From positions 310,001 through 374,000 of the forward strand of contig JAPETS010000007.1 of NCBI GenBank assembly GCA_026023565.1: 64,000 nt of DNA, given 5' to 3'. The DNA comes from Cirrosporium novae-zelandiae (taxonomy: Eukaryota). Position 1 is the stretch's first letter; every line of letters begins with the position of its first letter. Under the pieces are notes generated by a model that ran no database searches, was not told where the DNA came from, and saw nothing but the letters and a program-made list of their open reading frames with translations. This document shows positions 37,476 to 48,658 of this stretch, in pieces. Position numbers and translations under genes: made by a program.

Positions 37476-38290
37476 AATCAACGTCTTCATTCGTCTATTC
37501 TAGGGATACACCTTAAGCTTGGTAATTACATCCAAACCGACTACCGCGTCTGTCCTCTCGAGCCAAATTACCTATATAGTCGGCTCACTCCCTAAGCCCT
37601 AGTTCTTCCTGATCCAAGCCCTAATCCTAGCCCCCTAATCCCCCCCCTAGACCTAGTCCCTAGACCCTAGTCTAACCCCTAGTATTAGCCCTAAACCCTG
37701 ATTTCCTAGCGCCTCGGGGACCTCGAGTCGACCCTCAGTAGTTCTTTGCTACGGCCCGCCAATCCAACTGATTGATTTCCCGTTGCCGCTAACCCTTTTA
37801 GGCTAGAAACCGTCGTAGTCTTGCCCTATATATATAGGACTAACCGCCTGTCGCAATTCTAGGGCTAAATCCGGGCGCAGGGATACCCGGAAAACAGCCC
37901 TTTCTAGAATTTTGATTTGACAAGGCTAGGGGTGTCCTGTCAATGTGGGATATAGGGCCTAAACCCTAATTCCTATATTGTCGGATAGTTTTTAAAGCCA
38001 TTCCCCTATTTAGAATTATTCATGAAATCCAATTTCTAGGGTTAACCCTAGGGTCTAGGCCCTAGAATCGCATTTTCGAAATTAGATTTCCCCGGAATTA
38101 ACTGACTAATTATCCGTACAATAGCCTATTTACGACTGTTATATTGTCGAGGATAAGAAATTATAAAATCGCGTGATTTTATAATTGTGAAGGTGGCGGG
38201 AATTGAACCCACGAGCACTATTATGCTAAGACAAGCCCGGAATAACGTTGCTCCCTAATAGTGCCTTATACCTCTACACCACTCACCCCC
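37476..38290 (-). mobile_element. ~815-bp tRNA-headed (SINE-like) sequence of unknown family
   Basis: GC-rich segment absent from LINE copies B and C. It begins on the minus strand with a tRNA-like head carrying Pol III A and B boxes. Confidence 0.65.
38188..38290 (-). ncRNA. tRNA-like element (pseudo-tRNA or SINE head; loosely like an intron-containing tRNA-Pro)
   Basis: A box TGGTGTAGAGG (38281-38271); B box GGTTCAATTCC (38209-38199); acceptor-like stem GGGGGTG/CACCTTC; T arm GTGGG-TTCAATT-CCCGC; 10-bp stem GGCACTATTA/TAATAGTGCT. The anticodon arm is non-canonical. Confidence 0.7.
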
Positions 38291-39601
38291 TTTATATTTT
38301 TATTTAATATAAGATTTTTAATAAATATATATTTATTATCGTATTATTTATTTTTATTACGGTTTTTAAAATTTTTTATTTATATTTAAATATTAATATA
38401 CCCGTATTAATTTTTTTATCGAATATAGTTTTTAAATTATTTTTTTTATTAATATAAATTTTCCGTACCCGTAATTTAGGCGGTACGTTTAAATCAATTA
38501 ATTTAATGTTAATCGCCGTTATTATTAATATTATAAAACCCGAATATTCGGTTTTTCTTTTATTAAAAATCAATATTTTCTGATTTTCAATTTTTGTGTC
38601 TTTATTTATTGAACTAATACGTTTTTTTTTATAGGGTTTGATTATTTACTATTTTTTATTAGGTTTATCTATTATTTTACTGATTATTTTGGTATAAATA
38701 AATCCCGTAGCCGGCGTTATTTTTGCAGAAATCTATTTTGGGGTTTTCGGTGCCAGCGGTAAAATCTTTTGTCTGGCTATTTTTGCCGTCTATTAGGGGT
38801 TTTTCTAGGTTTTTTTATCCGCCTATATTATTGTTCGCGTGCTAGATATCTGCGATCCGGCTATTATATCCGTTCGAAATATTATTAAAAAAAATATTAT
38901 TATTTTTTTTTTTATTATTTATTCAGGCCTAATTACTAGGATTATATAATCTTTATTTATAGAATTTTCCGCCCTATTATATATAATTTTTGCGGTTTTT
39001 ATTTAGATTTATAATACCTGGATTATTATTATAATTATTTTTTTAATTATTAAAAATTTTTATTTAATTATATATAATTTTTTCTAATTTTTTTTTAAAT
39101 TTTTATAATTTTATTATTTCGTTTTTTTAAAACGATTATTCAGGTTTTTAAACCGAAAAATATTTCCCGTAATTATACCGTAAAATCGTCGGTTTTTAGA
39201 ATTTAATATATTTTTTTTTTAATTACGGGAAATATACGTATTATTATATATTTAATCGTTTATTCAATTAAAATATCCCAGTTATTAATTTATTTTTTTT
39301 ATAAAATTTTTCGATAATATTTCTTTATTTAATCGTTTTTTTTTTAAAATAAAAATTATAATACCGAATCGCTAGATTTTATTATAAAATTTTGTTTTAA
39401 TTCGTTTAATTCGTTTTTTAAATATTGTCGTTTTTTCGTATCCGTTTAATTCTCGTTAACGATACGTATTTTTTTAATCCCCGATATTTTTTTTTTATTA
39501 TTAAATTTTATAGATTTTAGATAAACGTTAATTATTTCGTATAACGGTCGTCATAATAGTGAATTGATTTGGTGGCGCGGGGTCACCAAAAAGCGTTTTC
39601 T
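38291..39601 (-). mobile_element. inverted 5' segment (~1.3 kb) of the LINE, probably the inverted part of copy C
   Basis: Reverse complement of copy B ~40013-41344, including the conserved 5' block GCTTTTGGTGACCCCGCGCCACCAAATCAATTCACTATTATGACGACCG. Confidence 0.85.
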
Positions 39602-39986
39602 TAAAAAATTCTGAAAATTATAACGAAAATAAATAACGCGATAATAAATATACGTTTATTAAAAACCCTATATTAAATAAAAATATAAAAAATATTTCTA
39701 AAAATATTTAAAAATCTAAATAAATTAAATTTAATAAAAAAAAATTTAAAAAATATTTATTAATTATCCCGAAATACGGTAATCGTATAAATCATATTAG
39801 AAAAATATTATTAAAAACGGATACGAACCAGATTTATATTAGAAAAATATATTATTTTAATTAAAATAAAATTCCCGTTTATAATATACGAAAAATAAAA
39901 AATCGAAAATTATTATTTAGCGGAACGTAAATTTCGATATACCCGATAATTTATATTGAAAATAAATAAAACGTATCTAAAATATA

Positions 39987-42900
39987 ATATCTAAAAAATC
40001 GGATAAGGAAGAGAAAAAACGCTTTTGGTGACCCCGCGCCACCAAATCAATTCACTATTATGACGACCGTTATACGAAACAATTAACGTTTATTTAAAAT
40101 CTATAAAATCTAGCAGCAGTAAGGAAATATCGGGGGCTGGAAACATACGTGCCGTCAGCGAGAACCAGACGGACACGAGAGAGCGACAGCGCCTAAAAAA
40201 CGAATCGAATAAACCGGGGTAAAATTTTGTAATAAAGTCTAACGATTCGGTACTACGATCCCTATTCTAGAGGGAAAACGACCAGACGGGGAAACGTCGT
40301 CGAGGGATTTTACGAAAAAGAAAAAGCCCTAAAAGAAAATAGATTAATAACCGGGATACCCTAATCGAGCAAACGGCTAGATATACAGTGGTACGTATAT
40401 TTCCCGCAATCGGGGAAAAGGTATACCAGGTTTTAAAAACCGACGATTTTACGGCACAGTTACGGGCGATATTTTTCGGCCTGAAAGCCCAAATAATCGC
40501 CCTAAAAAAGCGAGACAATAAAACTATAAAGGCCTAAAAAAAAACCAAAAAAAATTATACGCGACTAAACAAAAATTTCTAATAGTTAGAGAAATAACTA
40601 TAATAATAATCTAAATATTATAAACCCGGATAAAAACCGCAGAAACTATATATAACGGGGCGGAAAATTCTATAAATAAGGGTTATATAATCCTGGTAAT
40701 TAGGCCCGAACAGGCAATAAAAAAAAAAAAAGTAATATCTTTTTTAATAATACCCCGAGCGGATATAATAACCGGATCGTAAATATTTAGTACGCGGACA
40801 ATAATATAAATAAATAAAAAAACCTAAAAAAACTTTTAATAAACGGCAAAAATAATTAAATAAAAAACCCTACCGCTGGTACTAAAAGCCCCGAAACAGA
40901 TTTTTGTAAAAATAACGCCGGAATCTACGGGGTTTATTTATATTAAAATAGCCAGTAGAATAATAGACAAACCTAATAAAAAATAACAAATAATTAAATC
41001 CCGTAAAAAAAAACACACTGGCTCCGCAGATAGGGATATAAAAATTAAAAATCAGAAAATATTAATTTTTAATAAAAAAAAAACTAAATATTCGGGTTCT
41101 ACGGTATTAATAATAACGGCGATCAACGCTAAATTAATTAATTTAAACGTACCACCTGAATTACGGATACGGGAAATCTATATTAATAAAAAAAACAATC
41201 TAAAAACTATATTTAATAAAAAAATTAATACGGGTATATTAATATCTAAATATAAATAAAAAATTTTAAAAATCGTAACGAAAATAAATAATATAATAAT
41301 AAATATACGTTTATTAAAAATTTTATATTAAATAAAAATATAAAGAATATTTTTAAAAATATTCGGGAATTTAAATAAATTAAATCTAATAAAAAGAAAT
41401 TTAAAAAATATTTATTAATTATCCCGAAATATAATAATCGTATAAATAACGCCGGAAAAATATCGTTAAAAACGGATACGAACCGGATTTATATTAAAAA
41501 AATATATTATTTCGATTAAAATAAAATTCCCGTTTATAATATACGAAAAATAAAAAATCGAAAATTATTATTTAACGGAACGTAAATTTCGATATACCCG
41601 ATAATTTACGTTAGAAATAAATAAAATATATCTAAAATACGTTTAATTAAAATATAAATTATTCTTAAAATATAGAAATAAAACTTTTAAATACACGATA
41701 TACGCGGAAATATATAAAACGTAAAATTACCGATATCGGATAATAAAATATAAATCCGCGTATATAAAGATTTATATATATATTTTATTAAAATATATAA
41801 ATTATTTAGACCCCTATATAATCACGGACAGAAAATATTTAATTACCCGAAAAATAAAAATAGAATATATAAAAAAAAAATACCGAAAAAATATTATATA
41901 ATCGTTTTACGTATTAATCCCTTTAAAAAAAAAAGAAATCCAAAAAACCTTAATCAGGGATTAAAAACCCCCGAATTCCAAAAAAAAACGGGGGAAAAAA
42001 CGTAAATAATACCCGAAATACCGATAATACCAAAAATATTAATAATATTCGTACCGTAAATAAATAATAATATATCCGAATTATAAATAAAAATATTATA
42101 ATATAATTATTATAAAAAATACGATATAATAATCGTAATTTTAAATTCGATTATATAAATTAGAACGGATATAATATTATTATAAAAATTTAATTAAAAA
42201 TTAAAAAAAAAAATATTATATCCGGCGTAAGATTTTTATTAATCCGAATTAAAAATTTAAACGGAATATAAAATCGTAAAAACGGTTACTATTATACATA
42301 AAAATCGAAAAAACGTCGTTTTTAAAATAATCGTAAAAACCGATTTAATTAATTATTTTTATTTCGTAACGCTGGATATTAATATAATAAACGTAAACGG
42401 AAAAATAAAAAACCCGATTAAAATAATTAATATTTATAATTAAAAATTAAAAAACGTATATTTTTAAAAATAAAACCGATAATAAAAATTTAAAAAATTT
42501 TTATAAAATATAAAATAAAAATTTATTTTTAATAATAATAAAATAATATTAATAAAAAATTTTGATATTTATAATTTAATATAAAAACCCGAATAAATTA
42601 TTTATATAAACGACGCGTTTTTAATAACGTTTATAAAAAAATAAAATTTAATAATATAAAACGATACCGTCCAAAATATTTGATTCGGAAAAAAATCGGT
42701 TCGTTATTTAATAATTAATTTAATAATAATTAATTCTACGATAAAATTATTTTAAAAATAATTAATAAACGTGGTAATCGATAATATAAATAATAAATTA
42801 AAAATTAATTTAAATTACGTTTTTATTTATTTCGAATAAAGAAATTATTATTTAAAAATAAATTAATTAATTCCGAATTTATAAAATTTAAAACCGTTAA

Positions 42901-45900
42901 AAAATCTTTAATAATAAATTAAAACGAAATAAAAATAAAAATTCTAATTAATTACGAAAAATATATTAACTATAAATTATACGGAAATATAATTAAAAAA
43001 CGAAATATAAAAAATTATTATTTAATTAAAAATTATTCTAAATAAATACGTAAAATCTAAACGAATATATATTTGATCGAAAATATAATAAAACCCCGAA
43101 TATATTATTAAAAAATATAAATATTATATAATATTTAAAAAAACGAAATAAAAATACCGAATTTATAAAAAAATTAAAATAATATTTAAAAGATTTATAA
43201 AATTAATTAAAATTAAAAAAAAAAATAAATAAATCGATTTTTTTTAAATATATATAAAAAAAAACGATTTAAATAAATTTTTAAATCCCGAAAATATTTA
43301 ACGGAAATAAAAAATATTAAAATATTATAAATTTTAAAACCGAAACCCGATATTAGCGTTCCGTATAAAAAACGGGAGAATAATAATAGAAATTAAAAAT
43401 AAAAAAATTTTTATATAAAAACGAATTTTTTTATTATTTTTAAAAAATCTTAAATTTTAATTTCCGATAAAAAAAATATTCGTTTAATAATTATCCGAAA
43501 AAATAATACGGAAAACGTTATATATATAAAATACGAATAAAATTTTAAAATATAACGGAATTTAATTTAAAACGTTCCGTATATTATAATAATAAAATTT
43601 TTATAAAATAATAGAAATAATCCGATATTATTTTTAATTAAAATATTATCCGATATAATAAAAATATATTTAAAAAATATTATTATTTAAATCCGGAAAA
43701 ACCGATAAAATATTAATTAAAAATTATAAAATAATAAATTTATTATATTATTTAAATAAAATAATCGAAAAAATTATAATTAACGCGTTAATAAATATAT
43801 ACGAAAATCTAAATAAATTATATAATAATCAATTTAGATCGAAACGTAACCGGAACGCGATCGATATATTTACGTATTTAATATACCGAATAAAAAAAAT
43901 TTAATTAAAAATAAATAAAAAAAATTTAATTAAAAATAAATAATTTATATTTTATTTATAAATATAAAAAAAATATTTAATTATATATTATAATTTAAAT
44001 TAATATAATATCTAAAATAATTAGAAATCGATAAAAATATTATTAAATAAATAATTAGTTTTATAATCCAACGAAATATCGAATTAATAATCGAAGAAGA
44101 AATATAATCCCGAATTAATATAGAAACGGAAATACCGTAAAGATTATCCGTATTTCTAATATTATTTTTAATATATTGCAGCGGGTTATTCGCAGCTATA
44201 AAATAAACGGTCCCTAAAATTAAAACTCTATTATTCGTAAACAACGTGAATTTTTCGATTATTCAAATAAATAATAAATAAACCCGGAAAATTATTTAAT
44301 AAATAATAAAAACGGCGGTCTAATAAAAAAAAAAAATAAACTAAAATTCGATATTTAAAAAATTAAAATTATAATCTATTTTAAATTACGTAAATATTAA
44401 ATTTAAATAAATATTAAACCGAAAATTAAAATCGATAATTATTTAATCGAATATAAAAAAAATTATATACGATAATTAAATATATAATTAGATCCGAAAT
44501 TTAATTTTTAGATCTATTATATTTAACGGTTAATTAAAACCCGACGTACGGAAAATATAATTAAATATATATATTACCGAAACGGGTTATTTACGGGATT
44601 TATACGTTAAATAACCGTAACGATTATAATATTAATTTATATATACGGATATAAAATTTAATAGAAAAAATAAATCGGTTATTAAATAGAATTTCAAAAA
44701 TTATTAAATAAATTTATTAAATTAATAACGGGGATCTATAAAATAATTCTAATAATAACGGTTATATAAAAAATCTATATATATCCCGTAAATATAATAT
44801 TAAATACCGTATAAAAAAAATATAAATTTCGGTATTTTTAAAAAACCGAAAAAAATTTAACGAATCTAATATTACCGATAACGTTCAGAATAAAAAATAT
44901 AAATATTTAATTAAAAAAATAATTATTAAAAAATTTTTAATAAATTTAAAAAATTAAAAAAAATATATTAAATTAATATTTAATTATAACGATAATTTAA
45001 AAAATAATAAATCCGAATTTTAAAATCGAAAAAATTTAAATAATCGAAAAAAATAAATTTTTAAAAAAAATAATAATATTTTTAAAATAATAAATTTTTA
45101 ATAAAATATTAATATAAAATTAAAAAAACGTATATTAATCGAACGGATTTAAATTAAAAAATCGTAAAATAAAAACGGAAATAATCTAAAAAATAATCGA
45201 AAAAATTTTATAAACGATATAAAAATATTATTTAAATTAAAATAAAAAAATATTCGATATAAAATTTTAAAAAATATAAATAATTTTATAAATAATAATT
45301 AAAACGTATTTAAATAATTATAAAATTTTTAAAAAAAAAATAATATTATTATTTGATTCGTAAACGACTATTAAACGGATCGAAAAAAAAAAACTAAAAA
45401 AAAATTAAACGATTATATAAAAAATATATAAATATATTAAATATTTAATCGATTAAAAAACGAAAATTATTATTAAATAAATTTTAAAATATTATAAAAT
45501 ATTAAAAAACGAAATAATAAATTAAATAATTAAAATAAACGCGGTGTTAAAAAATAATAAAATAATCGAATAAATTTCGTTAATTTATATAATCCGTAAT
45601 ATAACGGAAAAACGGATTATAAAAACGTATAATTAATTATATAATTAAAAAATAAAAAAATCGCCCGATAAATTATATCGAATATATCCGAAATATAAAA
45701 AAAATCGGGTATTAAAATACGTATTTAAAAAATTAATAAATAAATTTTATTAAATAAAAATAAGGTACGCCGTTACCGGGGAATATATATACCGTACGAA
45801 AATTATTATTATTCCGGAATATTAATAATACAGGGTCCCGTATTAAAACGTTTTTTATTTAATATTAATATATCCGCGCTAAAAAACGGCTAAAATCCGG

Positions 45901-46470
45901 TTACGAAAAATAATAGAAAAATAAAAAAACTAATAACCTAATATAACCGAAAAAAAAAAACTAGTATTCGTATTAAAAAACCGAAGATTCTTTAAAAATT
46001 AGATACGTTTTTTAAGCGATACGGAAATAAAAAAACCTTAATACTGGGCCAGACACGAAATAAAAAATCGTAAAACGTATCTGGATTAAAGATAGGTAGA
46101 ACCCGGATACGGGAAAGAAAACGACCCAGAAACAAATATTAAATAAAAACTGGGCCCGTAATAGATACGCGGGGTAAGCGTATACGTGAATAAAAACGGA
46201 AAAAATCGAAAATAAATACGAATAGGCCTATTTATAGGTTACGAACACCGAAATAGCGCTAAAAAACTATCCGGTTAAATAAATCAGGTGATTCTAGGAA
46301 ACCCAAAAAAAGGGGGGAAACTATATAGCCGAACCAGGGGGGTAACCCCCACCACCGTAGTTAAAAGTAAGCCCGAAAAGGGATACAAAAGGGCCTAAAA
46401 ACCCCCGAGTAGAGTCCGTCATAGCTTCTAAACGATATATAGACATAAAACAATGAATAATCATTATCAT
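39987..46470 (+). mobile_element. full-length (~6.5 kb) Tad1-like LINE copy B, inactivated by transitions: ORF1 zinc knuckles; ORF2 APE-RT-RNase H-Zn finger
   Basis: 15-bp TSD CGTATCTAAAATATA at 39972-39986 and 46471-46485; (CAT)n-like tail. Motifs recovered by reversing transitions: Cys/His knuckles ~41690-41850, LQHN..DVVLLQEP-like APE ~42080-42190, RT ~44000-44260, DGSK..EVFDAE-like RNase H ~45130-45270. Confidence 0.92.
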
Positions 46471-48405
46471 CGTATCTAAAATATATTTAATTAAAATATA
46501 AATTATTTTTAAAATATAAAAATAAAATTTTTAAATATATTATATACGCGGAAATATACGAAATATAAAATCATTAGTATCGGATAATAGAATATAAATC
46601 TACGTATACAGGGGTTTATATATATATTTTATTAAAATATATTAACTGTTTAGGCCCCTATATAATTACGGACAGAAAATACCCAATTACCCGAAGGGCA
46701 GGAATAGAATATATGAAAAAAAAACGCCGAAAAAACGTTATATAATCGTTTTATATATTTATCCCTCTAAAAAAAAAAATAAGCCTACAGAATCTTAATT
46801 AAAGATTAAAGGCCCCCGAACCAGAAATCTAGGAAAAAATAAGGGAAAAAACGTAAATAATATCCGAAATACCGATAATACTAAAAATACTAATAATATT
46901 TATATCGTAAATAAATAATAATATATCCGAATTATAAATAAAAATATTATAATATAATTATTATAAAAAATACGATATAACGATTATAATTTTAAAATTA
47001 ATTATATAAATTAGAGCGGATATAATATTATTATAAAAATTTAATTAAAAATTAAAAAAAAAAATATTATATTTAATATAAGATTTTTATTAGTCCGAAT
47101 TAGGGGTTTAAATAAAAAATAAAACCGTAAAAACGGTCACTATTATATATAAAAACCGAAAAAATATTATATTTAGAATAATCGTAAAAACCGATTTAAT
47201 TAATTATTTTTATTTCGTAATATTAAATATTAATAGAATAAATATAAACGGAAAAATAAAAAACCCGATTAAAATAATCAACGTTTACGACCAAAAATTG
47301 AAAAACGTATATTCCTAAAAATAAGACCGATAATAAAAATCTAGAAAAACTTTATAAAATATAAAATAAAAATCTATTTTTAATAAAAATAAAATAATAT
47401 TAATAAAAAATTTTAATATTTATAATTTAATATAAAAATCCGAATAAATTATTTATATAAATAACGCGCCCCTAATAATATTTATAAAAAAATAATATTT
47501 AATTATATAAAATAATACCGTTTAAAATATTTAATTCAAAAAAAAATTAATTTATTATTTAATAATTAATTTAATAATAATTAATTCTATTATAAAATCG
47601 TTTTAAAAATAATTAACGAACGTAATAATCGATAATATAAATAATAAATTAAAAATTAATTTAAATCACGTTTTTATTTAATTCGAATAAAAAAATTAAC
47701 GTCTAAAAATAAACCAATTAATCCCGAATTTATAGAATCTAAAATCGCTGGAAAACCCCTAATAACAAATTAAAATTAAATAAAAATAAAAATCCTGATT
47801 AATTACGAAAAATACGTTAATCGTAGATTATACGGAATCGTAATTAAAAAATAAAATATAGAGGATTATTATTTAATTAAAAATTATTTTAAATAAATAT
47901 ATAAAATTTAAACGGATATATATTTAATCGAAAATTTAATAAAACCCTAAATATATCGTTAAAAAATACAAATATTACGTAATATTTAAAAAAACGAAAT
48001 AAAAACGCCGAATCTACGGAAAAATTAAAACGGTATTTAAAAAATTTATAAAATTAATTAAAATTAAAAATAAAAAAAAATAAATCGATTTTTTTTAAAT
48101 ATATATAAAAAAAAACGATTTAAATAAATTTTTAAACCCCGAAAATATTTAACGGAAATAAAAAATATTAAAATATTATAAATCCTGAAACCGAGATCCG
48201 ATACCAGCGCTCCGTATAAAAAACGGGAAAATAACGATAGAAATTAAAAATAAAAAAACTTTTATACGGGAACGAATTTTCCTATTATTTTTAAAAAACC
48301 CCGAACCTTGGTTTCCGATAAAAAAAGTATTCGCCTAATAATTATCCGAAAAAACAATACGGAAAACGTTATACGTATAAAATATGAATAAAGCCCTAAG
48401 GTATA

Positions 48406-48658
48406 TGTGAAGGCAGCGCTTAGTACAGGCAGTGTGGTAGATTAGTGAGGCAATAGAATATATAACTAATAGGTATAACGTGTTATTCGTATACAAAACG
48501 CAAATAATAATGATAGTTTTCGAAATATTCCTTCTATAAATACAAAAATCGAACGCTATTTTAATGAATTAAACAGCGTTCTTCTATATAAAGGTTTGGC
48601 CACGCGCCAAACCTCGCCTATATATTTACGAAACGTATATATTTGGTACGCTGTTATA
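48406..48658 (-). repeat. 3' LTR of the gypsy element
   Basis: Outer ~77 bp identical to the solo LTR; inner part transition-mutated. Confidence 0.92.

Noticed and set aside
38036..38051. Telomerase RNA template
   Set aside because: TAACCCTAG differs from the expected TAACCCTAA by a change RIP would not make, it sits in a palindrome, and no other TER features are recognisable.
38186..38193. TGTGAAGG identical to the LTR terminus, suggesting another LTR
   Set aside because: The match ends after 8 bp and there is no TSD; the sequence is better explained as the tRNA-like acceptor stem.
38188..38290. Functional canonical tRNA gene
   Set aside because: D-arm spacing and the anticodon loop do not fit a standard cloverleaf, so it is reported only as tRNA-like.
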